Program-made: the position numbers and the translations under genes | Notes under the pieces: generated by a model | What the model was told of the DNA's origin: nothing | The model's database searches: none | Seen by the model: only the letters and a program-made list of their open reading frames with translations | Origin: Pseudarcicella sp. | Lineage (GTDB): Bacteria > Bacteroidota > Bacteroidia > Cytophagales > Spirosomataceae | Length of the DNA: 51,906 nucleotides | Reading direction: 5' to 3' | NCBI GenBank assembly: GCA_017988135.1 | Contig: JAGNSI010000001.1 | Coordinates: 1-51,906 of the forward strand | In this document: piece by piece, positions 19,821 to 28,260 of the stretch | Position numbering within the stretch: the first letter of the stretch is position 1 | How the letters are laid out: every line of letters starts with the position of its first letter

Positions 19821-20280
19821 TTACAATTTCAAAAAAAATGAGAAAATTTTTTTAAATAAATAGCAAGAAAGCTAAAATGGCTAATGATTTGAATCATTAT
19901 TTGGGCAAGAATGATATATCAAACTCTACGTGTGAATGTTCGCCTAAAGCATTGAGGGCGTAAATAGTATAAAAAACAAGGATATGTATTTTTTTTGTTC
20001 ATTTATTTTAAAAAATATACAAATTTTAGAATAAGCTACAAATTTCAGTAATCTATTATATTTATGCAAATTTTATTTTAGTTAATACAAAATTTATTCC
20101 AAAAAATAAAAATAGGTTTATCGAAATGTTAATTTTTTGTTACAAATATTATCAACAATATTAAAAAGAGACGTGTTATTGAAAATAATTGCATTTTTCA
20201 AAGTTAGAATAAAAAACAAAAGGCTACCCATTTATGTAGGCAACCTCTTGTTTTTAAGTGTTTATTAAAAAATCTAAAAA

Positions 20281-23200
20281 CTATTTCAAGCTAAACTTAC
20301 GTACAAATTCTTTTCCTGATTGATCTTTTAGACGAATAAAGTATATTTTAGATAACAAGTTTGGCAAATCAATGATTACTTTATTGATGCCTGCCTGTAC
20401 TTTGATATCTTTGGCCAAATACTGCATGCCCAAGATGTCTACTATTTGCGTTTGAAGAATTTTATCTTCATTGCTTTCAATGTCTATTCTTATCTGCTTG
20501 CCTGATACTGGATTTGGATATACTTGACTTACTCTTGTATTTTCAGTTCCATTTTCTACGTATTCGATTCTTGAATGTACCCAAGTTTCGTTTGTATTAA
20601 TCATTTTCAAGCGATAATAATTGGCATTGGCAGACACATTATTGTCTACAAACTTATAGCTAGGTGAATGGTTAGCCTGTACAAAACCTACTTTTTCGAA
20701 TAGCTTACCGTCTGTACTTTTTTCTATTTCGTAGCCTTTAAAGTCTGTTTCGTTGGTTACGTTCCAAACCAAAATATTACTCTTCGAACTGTTCTTTTTG
20801 GCTGTAAAACTAGCCAAGCTTGCCGATAATGGTGCGGCACTTGGTGTGTTCACAAAGAAACCTGAGAAACCTGATACATCAAAAGTTACTGACCAATACG
20901 CTCCGTTCCAAACTATTTTGCTAGTATCTGGTATTATTGTAACTGGCTCTGAAGGATAACCCGAAGGGAAACCATTGCTAGATACACCTGAAAATTTAAC
21001 AATTTTAAGGTTTAATTTATTCAAACCGTCTGTTGGTCCGGTTGGTAATTTCAATGCGTTGCTTACATTGTAAGCATCAAAATCGGCTTGGGTAAAATAC
21101 AATGTTACGGATGCTGTTGCAGTATTTGGATTGACAGTCGGTGTAATTTCGTAATGACGACGTAAATAATTTGGTGAACTTGTGGCACTCACAAATACTT
21201 TCACTTTTACATCGCTATTGACTGCTGTAGAGCCTCCTATTGGTAAAATTTTAGCAGCTAATTCACAATCTGAGTTTACAAAAACATTGTTATTTACATC
21301 TTGAAACAAAGAATCTGTATCCATCAACAAGCTATAAATATTGGCAATTTGGCTTTCGTATGCACCAATATCGGTTATCGATGCACCGCCTACTGTTAGC
21401 ACATCTACCATTGGATTACCTAAAATATCTGTTGGATGATAATCCAATGCAACGTCTACTAATGGCGAACAAGTTTTTAGCATCAAACCATCATCAGCGG
21501 TTAGCCATTTTCCATCATCACCTATAGGGTTATTTGCATTTTTAAATCCTGGATTTACTAACACATTGTTTACACCAGGATACACACTTGAACCTTCAAT
21601 ATCTGAGTATTGTATATCGAAAGCTCCTCCAAAAAATTCTTCTAAGCTAGTGTTACCATCACCAGTGTTCCCCCAAATTATTGAGTTCACTATTGTTGCA
21701 CTTGCAAGTGTCGCAGCACAAACACTTCCTTCAAACACAGAAACGTGGTTATTCAAGATATCGGTATTGGACACAACGTTATTATTTCCAAATGTAAAAA
21801 ACATAGCACTTGCAGAAATATTAGCAAGATTACCTATCATTACAGATTTTGAAATATCCAAGGCTGTATTTTGATAGGTATAAATACCAGAACCATAATT
21901 TGCTTTGTTATTTGTAAGTACAGATTCTGTGAGATTTAAGTTTGAACTTGAAGCTGAATAAATAGCACCTCCATACTCAAAAGCTGAATTATTTTTTAAA
22001 ATGCAATTTTTTATTTGAAATTCTGCAGGGTTATTTGCCAAGAAAACCGCTCCTCCATTTTGACCATCGAAACCTGAAGATAAATTCAAAAATGAAATGA
22101 AATTTAAATCGTCAGCGTTGCCACCTTCAATAGTAAGACCATTTATTTGAGTAATAGCAGTAATAGACTCACCAACTGCAACTACGTGATAGGCGTTTTC
22201 AGAATTATTGTTAATATTCAAAGTTGCTCCTGTACCTGTTACAACGTCATCGTTGTTAAAATCACCAGATAAAGTAGTTACGTAATCCTTTGGATTTCTA
22301 TCTCCAATAACTGGATTTCCTGAAGCTGGGAATCCACCAAACACATTGGCACCATTTTTCATCATAAATGTTTTTGAACGAACATCTATTGGACTAGAAT
22401 TTCCAAATTCATCCTCGGTAGGGAGATATTTCCCTTCTGCTACCCAAACCTCTGTTACCGAGCAAGCATTCAAACCTTCTTGAAGATTTTTAAAAGCTGT
22501 AGCCCAGCTCAATCCATCACCAGATACAGCAACAGCATTGTTTACATGCGCTTTTGACACTGAAGGCTTCACGGTTACGCTCAGCGATGATGTTCCTGTA
22601 GTACATTGACCTGCTGTGGGCGTAAATGTATAGGTTCCTGATGCAGTATTACTCAATGCTGGTGACCAAGTACCTGTAACACTATTGGTTGAAGTAGTTG
22701 GCAATGGAGCTAAAGTTGCTCCCGAACAAATAGGATTTACAGCATTAAAAGTAGCAGTAACTAATGGATTTACAGTTACGCTCAATGATGATGTACCTGT
22801 AGTACATTGACCTGCTGTTGGCGTAAAAGTATAGGTTCCTGATGCAGTATTACTCAATGCTGGTGACCAAGTACCTGTAACGCTATTGGTTGAAGTAGTT
22901 GGCAATGGAGCTAAAGTTGCTCCCGAACAAATAGGATTTACAGCATTAAAAGTAGCCGTAATGGATGCATTGCCAGTTCCTTGAATAGCAAAGGTGTACG
23001 GATTTTCGTTTGCATCGTCATTTACTATAGAAATAGTTGCATTTTTTACACCAGAAATAGTCGGATCAAAAGCCACTGTAAAAGTTGTACTTCCCGAAGG
23101 ACTCACGGTAGCACTTGGCTGAGTAGAAACAGAAAAACTGCTGGCATCTGCTCCTGTGATACTCACAATTGGCGAACCTGACAAATTTAAAGTACCTGAA

Positions 23201-24783
23201 ACATCTGTATTTTTGATGGTATACGTTTTAGAAATAGAGCCCGTACCTGCAGCACAAACATTTCCAAACTGGGTATTATTGGAAGCAGATGCTGTATTGG
23301 AACCATTAGCTATAGCTACATTTCCAGCATCTACAACATCTATTTCAGGAGCTAATATTTCTGAAGAAAACTTAATATTATCTACCGAAATATAATTTAT
23401 GCCACTTACCACAACAAGCTCTATAGCTTTTATCAATTGGTTGTTGAAAGGTGTTGATGCAAACGAAATATTTTGTTGCCAACCTGTACCTGTATTATTA
23501 GTAGGTGTTACGGTAAAATCTGCTTGAACGGTAGTTCCGTCTAATTTAGTACCTATCAAACGTACTACTCCGGTTGCAAAACCATTGTTTCCATCAGCAT
23601 TTGATGTCCAAGCATCAAAACTTATCAATTTTATAGCTCTATTTCCAGTTGTAATATTTATTTTACCAGTACTTGCGGCGTTTCCACCATTACCTATAGT
23701 AGAATGCAACCACGAGTTTGACGAACCACTTCCAAATGTTGCAGCAGTATATACTTTCAAATCTTGAGTAGCACTAAAAGAAATACCATTTTGTGAGAAT
23801 GTAGCTCCGCCATTGGTTTCACCTTCAAAAGTTTCTGTCACGGCATCGTCGTCTAATATATTGCCAACTCCTTGAGCATCCAGTAAAGTGCCACCTACTG
23901 GAGAAGTAAGATTTACAAAATAGGTTTCGTTGGGTTCAAGACTTACATCTCCATTTACTGTTACATTTACTGTTTTAGTCAATTCACCTATAGCAAAATT
24001 TACAACTTGACTGCTTATAGCGGTGTAATCTACTCCAGAAGTAGCAGTTCCATTTGCTGTGTTTACTGTAACACTACCTGTCGCCGAAGAATTTGTTCTG
24101 GATACCGTAAAAGTATGCGTATTCGTACCAGAGTTTGCTTCAATAGCACTTACATCATTGATAGAATATTGGCTACTTACTATAGGAGCTGTTGTAAAAT
24201 TGATATTGTCTATAGAAAAATAAAGCAAATTTGATGGCAATTGAAACTCAAGCTTGATCAATTGAACATTTTCAAGAGCTGTGCCTGCAAAAGTAATTCC
24301 TTCATGATAGTCTAAACCATTGGGAAGAGGTACTATGTTTCTTGTTGCAGAAACGGTAGTTCCATCAGGTTTTGTACCTATGAAAGTAACTGTTCCCGAA
24401 TTGTGTACCAATAAATCTATATCATTACTTGTCCAGCAGGCAAAAGAGTTAATTTTGAATGATGTAGCTGCGTTGGTAATTCTAAAACCTCCAATATTTT
24501 GATTTGAATGGTTTATTAATGTTGTTGTTTCAAAATAAACTGCTGATCCATTTGAGCCAAATCCTTGCCCCCATGCTACCCTCATCCTAGTTCCCGTAAC
24601 TTCAAAATTTATTCCTGACTCTGAAAATGCATTGTCATACACATTGAAAGTCGTTTCGCCTTCAAAACTTTCAGTGGCTGTAGTTTGCCCATAGTTTAGT
24701 AAGGGCAAGAAAACGAGCAGACATAACAGCAATTTTCTTACTCCGAGAAAATCGCTTTGATTAAAGTGTATATTTTTTTTCAT
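20281..24783 (-). CDS. Giant secreted multidomain adhesin-like protein with T9SS C-terminal sorting domain
   Basis: 1500 aa. Signal peptide. Two copies of an N-terminal module (ESFEGET.../ETFEGET...). A Calx-beta-like segment (GTATSGVDYT...VNGDVSLEPNETYFVNL). A choice-of-anchor-D-like Ig region. Two identical Cys-pair modules. A Pmp/beta-helix-like repeat region (GGAVF...NNSAFEYGGAIYS). An FN3-like domain. A C-terminal VYPNPVSGKQIRI...IYFIRL T9SS type-A tail. Confidence 0.85.
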   Translation of the reverse strand: MKKNIHFNQSDFLGVRKLLLCLLVFLPLLNYGQTTATESFEGETTFNVYDNAFSESGINFEVTGTRMRVAWGQGFGSNGSAVYFETTTLINHSNQNIGGFRITNAATSFKINSFACWTSNDIDLLVHNSGTVTFIGTKPDGTTVSATRNIVPLPNGLDYHEGITFAGTALENVQLIKLEFQLPSNLLYFSIDNINFTTAPIVSSQYSINDVSAIEANSGTNTHTFTVSRTNSSATGSVTVNTANGTATSGVDYTAISSQVVNFAIGELTKTVNVTVNGDVSLEPNETYFVNLTSPVGGTLLDAQGVGNILDDDAVTETFEGETNGGATFSQNGISFSATQDLKVYTAATFGSGSSNSWLHSTIGNGGNAASTGKINITTGNRAIKLISFDAWTSNADGNNGFATGVVRLIGTKLDGTTVQADFTVTPTNNTGTGWQQNISFASTPFNNQLIKAIELVVVSGINYISVDNIKFSSEILAPEIDVVDAGNVAIANGSNTASASNNTQFGNVCAAGTGSISKTYTIKNTDVSGTLNLSGSPIVSITGADASSFSVSTQPSATVSPSGSTTFTVAFDPTISGVKNATISIVNDDANENPYTFAIQGTGNASITATFNAVNPICSGATLAPLPTTSTNSVTGTWSPALSNTASGTYTFTPTAGQCTTGTSSLSVTVNPLVTATFNAVNPICSGATLAPLPTTSTNSVTGTWSPALSNTASGTYTFTPTAGQCTTGTSSLSVTVKPSVSKAHVNNAVAVSGDGLSWATAFKNLQEGLNACSVTEVWVAEGKYLPTEDEFGNSSPIDVRSKTFMMKNGANVFGGFPASGNPVIGDRNPKDYVTTLSGDFNNDDVVTGTGATLNINNNSENAYHVVAVGESITAITQINGLTIEGGNADDLNFISFLNLSSGFDGQNGGAVFLANNPAEFQIKNCILKNNSAFEYGGAIYSASSSNLNLTESVLTNNKANYGSGIYTYQNTALDISKSVMIGNLANISASAMFFTFGNNNVVSNTDILNNHVSVFEGSVCAATLASATIVNSIIWGNTGDGNTSLEEFFGGAFDIQYSDIEGSSVYPGVNNVLVNPGFKNANNPIGDDGKWLTADDGLMLKTCSPLVDVALDYHPTDILGNPMVDVLTVGGASITDIGAYESQIANIYSLLMDTDSLFQDVNNNVFVNSDCELAAKILPIGGSTAVNSDVKVKVFVSATSSPNYLRRHYEITPTVNPNTATASVTLYFTQADFDAYNVSNALKLPTGPTDGLNKLNLKIVKFSGVSSNGFPSGYPSEPVTIIPDTSKIVWNGAYWSVTFDVSGFSGFFVNTPSAAPLSASLASFTAKKNSSKSNILVWNVTNETDFKGYEIEKSTDGKLFEKVGFVQANHSPSYKFVDNNVSANANYYRLKMINTNETWVHSRIEYVENGTENTRVSQVYPNPVSGKQIRIDIESNEDKILQTQIVDILGMQYLAKDIKVQAGINKVIIDLPNLLSKIYFIRLKDQSGKEFVRKFSLK
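22574..22956 (-). repeat. Tandem 201-bp (67-aa) duplication inside the adhesin gene
   Basis: Two head-to-tail copies (period 22574 to 22775) with about 6 nucleotide differences by my count. They encode identical ATFNAVNPICSGATL...GQCTTGTSSLSVTV modules. Confidence 0.9.
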
Positions 24784-24854
24784 TTTAATAAAATTTAAAT
24801 TTAAAATATTCTTTTTTTCTAAAGAAGATTGATTTTTTCAATCAATTTCAAAAT

Positions 24855-24889
24855 GAGAAGCTTCATTCAAAAATGGAACAATGCTTCTC
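24855..24889 (-). terminator. Weak stem-loop between the tail-collar gene and the adhesin gene
   Basis: GAGAAGC, 21-nt loop, GCTTCTC, followed on the minus strand by ATTTTG. The loop is long, so function is uncertain. Confidence 0.3.
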
Positions 24890-24899
24890 TTTAAAAAAA

Positions 24900-25427
24900 T
24901 TAATTACGTGATGGATAAATACCATACATACAAATAATAAAATTCATCGCTAAATATGGCTGTACAATACTCACTGGCATATTATTACCAGCAGGTGTTG
25001 TTTGCGAAGCCATGGGCACTACAGTGCTTCCAGAGGTAGCATATATTGAAGGCATTGGTACTGTTCTAGACGAAGAAGCTAAAATACCTCCTGAAGCTAA
25101 ACTTTGTGTAGGCCCAGCTGAAGTACCTGTCATTAAATGTGTGTGTGCAGGCAAATTTGATTGTAAAAGAGTTACATTTTCGACACCTGACATTTGCCCT
25201 AAAGCATAATAACTTAAACCTGCCCCTTGCCCTACTCCTACTGGCACTCTGCCTCTGAAATCGGGTAATGCAAAAGTTGTAGTTCCGTTTCCTCCGTAAG
25301 TTGTTCCTAAAATTGAAAACAATGCTGTGTTTTGTGCTATACTCACTATTTGCCCACTACAAAATGACCAAGTTTTAGGTGCAAAATTGCCTGCAAACAT
25401 TCTTATTTCTCCAATAGTTCCTTCCAT
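24900..25427 (-). CDS. Phage tail-collar domain protein (MdpB/COG4675-like), paralogue 2
   Basis: 175 aa. IGEIRMFAGNFAPKTW..C.GQ...IAQNTALFSILGTTYGGNGTTTFALPDFRGR, NLPAHTH and C-terminal IICMYGIYPSRN. No signal peptide. Confidence 0.85.
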   Translation of the reverse strand: MEGTIGEIRMFAGNFAPKTWSFCSGQIVSIAQNTALFSILGTTYGGNGTTTFALPDFRGRVPVGVGQGAGLSYYALGQMSGVENVTLLQSNLPAHTHLMTGTSAGPTQSLASGGILASSSRTVPMPSIYATSGSTVVPMASQTTPAGNNMPVSIVQPYLAMNFIICMYGIYPSRN

Positions 25428-25459
25428 GATCGTATTGATTTTTGTGTGAAAATATTTTT

Positions 25460-25978
25460 TTAATTTCTAGAAGGGAATATACCTTCTGAACAAATAATAT
25501 AGTTTATAGCAATGGTTGGTTGCAAGATTCCAAAAGGTGAATTCCCTCCAGTAGCTGCCACAGCGGAACCCATATTTACATTAGCTCCCGCCGTATTTGC
25601 ATAAATATTAGGCTGTGTTTCTCCGCTTGCCAAATAGTTACCGTTAGCCGCACTCGATGTTGGAGCTTCTGAAGAAGCCATCATTCCATGAACATGCGCT
25701 GGCATGTTACTCACTAACATTGTTTGGTTTTGAGAGCCAGCCATTTCACCTAAAGCATAGTAGGATAATCCTGGCCCTTGAAATGTTCCTACTGATATTC
25801 TACTATTAAAATTTGGCAACCCAAATGTAGTTATACCATCTCCGCCATAGTTAGTACCTAAGAGAGAAAATAACGCTGAATTTTGTGATATAGACTGTAA
25901 AGAACCATTACATAAAAGCCAGCCTCTTGGTGCGAAGTTGCCAGCAAATATTCTGATTTCTGCCAGGTATGGATCCAT
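25460..25978 (-). CDS. Phage tail-collar domain protein (MdpB/COG4675-like), paralogue 1
   Basis: 172 aa. LAEIRIFAGNFAPRGW, QNSALFSLLGTNYGGDGITTFGLPNF, NMPAHVH and IICSEGIFPSRN. Roughly half the residues are identical to the neighbouring paralogue. No signal peptide. Confidence 0.85.
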   Translation of the reverse strand: MDPYLAEIRIFAGNFAPRGWLLCNGSLQSISQNSALFSLLGTNYGGDGITTFGLPNFNSRISVGTFQGPGLSYYALGEMAGSQNQTMLVSNMPAHVHGMMASSEAPTSSAANGNYLASGETQPNIYANTAGANVNMGSAVAATGGNSPFGILQPTIAINYIICSEGIFPSRN

Positions 25979-25980
25979 AA

Positions 25981-26529
25981 TTACGAAATTTTAGAATTGA
26001 TATAAATATTAAATTTCACTTTTACTAAGTCATCGTTGCTCCAGTCTGTTTTGGGTAAATCTATTGTTTCTAAAAAAGACATTTGTTCAAAATATTGATT
26101 ATCGATAAATGCTTTTCCCAATCCGTTAAACAGTAATTGAGTGGTGTATTGATTCTCATCCTTGCCTTGTACTTTCAAAAAAAGTCTTCTCATCAATGGC
26201 TGTCCTTCTGTAAAATGTTTTTCTGGAAAATCTGTTTCAAAACTAAAATTTCCCAATTCGTCGGTTTTTAAAGTACCTTTATACGTAAAATTCTCTTCAT
26301 TCGTTTCTATGTTATTATGCCAAAATTCTATACTTGAGTGGGCTTTTGCTTCTGAAAACTGATTAAGAACTTGACCCGATATCCTTAAACGTTTGCTATT
26401 TCCTTTGCTAAAATTGTTAATCGATTGTTTGTTTTTGGAAGCTGATTTCCCTATCAAAGGTGCCAAGCCAAGACCCAAAGCAAAAATCGAAGCGCTTTTA
26501 AAAAAAGTTCTACGACTATTATTTATCAT
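25981..26529 (-). CDS. TAT-signal protein with intradiol-dioxygenase-like beta-sandwich fold (possibly non-catalytic)
   Basis: 182 aa. Twin-arginine motif SRRTFFKSASIFALGLGLA. ISGQVLN....IEFWHNN...YKGTLKTDELGNFSFETDFP resembles the dioxygenase C-terminal domain. Its stop is 2 nt from the start of collar paralogue 1. Confidence 0.5.
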   Translation of the reverse strand: MINNSRRTFFKSASIFALGLGLAPLIGKSASKNKQSINNFSKGNSKRLRISGQVLNQFSEAKAHSSIEFWHNNIETNEENFTYKGTLKTDELGNFSFETDFPEKHFTEGQPLMRRLFLKVQGKDENQYTTQLLFNGLGKAFIDNQYFEQMSFLETIDLPKTDWSNDDLVKVKFNIYINSKIS

Positions 26530-26567
26530 TTGTAATAGATGGTTAAAAAATACTTGTTTCTAAAAAA

Positions 26568-27242
26568 TTAAATTTGTACCCACATTCTTAAAAGATTACT
26601 GTGGGTTTGGAGCAAAAGATTACTTTCCATAGAATTGGGTGCGTTGCTATAAAGCATACCATGTAATTGGTTGAGTTCAAACAAAATTTGCCTTTGCTCT
26701 ACCGAAGCTACTTGACTTTGCACCCACGTTACTGCGGCTACTCTTTCTCCTTTGGTTACTGGGTTTACACAATGTAAAAAGTTGCATGGGTACACTATGG
26801 CATCTCCTTTATTTAGTTTATAAGAACTAACGCCTTGAGTACTATTGATAAGCAACTCGCCACCTTCGTAACTTGCTGGGTCTGACAAAAAAACAGTCAT
26901 TGCCAAATCTGTTCGCATAGCAGGAGTACCCATTACTAGACTATCTATATGCCAACCATAATTCATATTTTCTAGGTATTTGCTTACAATGATAGGATAA
27001 ATGTGTTTGGGAAGTGAGTATATTTGAAACAGAGGACTATTATCTAATGCATGAGTGAGGATTTCTTTGACACGAGGCAGGGTTTGAGTATCAGAATTAG
27101 GTATTTGTAAGTTTTGTTTGACCTGTTGAGCACCAAGAGAAGCCGTTGTAGAGCCATCTTGAAAATTGCTTTTCGATATTAAAATACTTATTTCTTCCAA
27201 CTCTCCCAAAGTGAGTAGCTGGGGAATAGCGATTGGTCCCAT
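26568..27242 (-). CDS. PKHD-type Fe(II)/2-oxoglutarate hydroxylase (YbiX/PiuC family)
   Basis: 224 aa. IPQLLTLGELEEI...FQDGSTTASLGAQQVKQNLQIP N-terminus. H-x-D (WHIDS) and distal H (FLHCVNPVTKGERVAAVTW). Confidence 0.8.
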   Translation of the reverse strand: MGPIAIPQLLTLGELEEISILISKSNFQDGSTTASLGAQQVKQNLQIPNSDTQTLPRVKEILTHALDNSPLFQIYSLPKHIYPIIVSKYLENMNYGWHIDSLVMGTPAMRTDLAMTVFLSDPASYEGGELLINSTQGVSSYKLNKGDAIVYPCNFLHCVNPVTKGERVAAVTWVQSQVASVEQRQILFELNQLHGMLYSNAPNSMESNLLLQTHSNLLRMWVQI

Positions 27243-27276
27243 TTGTATTAAAAATTAGCTATAAATTATAGCCTTT

Positions 27277-27580
27277 TAGTGTGTTATGTATTTGAAATTT
27301 ATAAATAAAAAAATAGCTTTATCTATAAAAATGTATTTATGCTAATAGTGTGTTAATCAAGAAAATCAATTTCCTTATTTATACTAATCTAAACATTTAT
27401 TATTCAAATTACAAATAAATTAAACACTAAAAATAGATGTAACACACTAATAATCAAGTGTATTGAAAAGTAAAATCAAAAAAAGTATTTATTCTTAATT
27501 AGAATCAATATTAAAATTTATACATTTGAAAATTAAAACAGATTGAATAAATCTTTAAAAAAATCATTCATAACACACCA
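27277..27580. promoter_or_regulatory. Divergent promoter region with repeated TAACACAC(T/C)A motif (candidate operator sites)
   Basis: TAGTGTGTTA at 27277-27286 and 27346-27355. The reverse-complement TAACACACTA at 27440-27449. TAACACACCA at 27571-27580, abutting the ATG. A degenerate TAAACACTAA at 27421-27430. Confidence 0.45.
27521..27528 (+). promoter_or_regulatory. Candidate -7 box (TACATTTG)
   Basis: TAnnTTTG match 52 nt upstream of the ATG at 27580. Confidence 0.4.
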
Positions 27581-28260
27581 TGGATTTTATAAAATTTAAC
27601 CTGCAATATGATGTTGTAAAACTAAAATCAGATTTAAAAAATTGTCAAAAATACAAGTGGCCCTTACATTTCAACCAAAACGATTTTACAGGACATTGGT
27701 CAAGTATAGCTTTGAGGTCTATATCGGGTAACGAATCGGATATTTCATCGCAAGCAAACGCCACATACAAAGACACCCAACTACTTGACGAATGCCATTA
27801 TTTCAAAGAAATAATTACCAATTTTCAGTGCCCTTTAGAGTCTGTACGATTGCTTTCGCTGTCGCCTAATAGCTACATAAAAGCCCATAAAGACCCAGAT
27901 GCAGGTTATGAAGACGGTTTTTTTAGAATACACATTCCCGTTCAAACCAACAGCGATGTGGTGTTTACCCTCAACAACCAAACCTTGGCAATGAAAGAGG
28001 GTGACTGCTGGTATGCCAATTTCAATCTTACCCATTTTGTAGCCAACAATGGCAATCAAGACCGCATCCATTTGGTAATCGATGGCATAAGAAACCAGTG
28101 GAGCGACCAACTTTTTGAAAAACATGGCTATGATTTGAGCTTAAAAAGTAATGATAATTTAGACGAAAAAACTAAACAATTAGTAATAGAAAATCTGAAA
28201 CAGATAAACACACCTACAGCAAAAAAACTGATAGAAAACTTAATAAATGGTACAATATGA
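27580..28260 (+). CDS. Aspartyl/asparaginyl beta-hydroxylase-family cupin oxygenase (soluble)
   Basis: 226 aa. AHKDP....FFRIHIPVQTN...MKEGDCWYANFNLTHFVANNG..DRIHLVID matches the Asp_Arg_Hydrox signature. No TM segment. Confidence 0.8.
   Translation: MDFIKFNLQYDVVKLKSDLKNCQKYKWPLHFNQNDFTGHWSSIALRSISGNESDISSQANATYKDTQLLDECHYFKEIITNFQCPLESVRLLSLSPNSYIKAHKDPDAGYEDGFFRIHIPVQTNSDVVFTLNNQTLAMKEGDCWYANFNLTHFVANNGNQDRIHLVIDGIRNQWSDQLFEKHGYDLSLKSNDNLDEKTKQLVIENLKQINTPTAKKLIENLINGTI

Noticed and set aside
19877-19963. 28-codon plus-strand ORF (MANDLNHYLGKNDISNSTCECSPKALRA) in the arg/adhesin spacer
   Set aside because: It has no recognisable features and points away from any gene it could regulate. 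It overlaps, in antisense, the more suggestive Arg-rich ORF on the operon strand.
24900-25978. Tail-collar genes as evidence of a prophage or tailocin
   Set aside because: No other phage structural, lysis, replication or integrase genes lie within about 20 kb. The only recombinase (48857-49756) is the conserved xerC-like gene next to rpsU. The proteins are the small stand-alone MdpB-type form, not full-length tail fibres.
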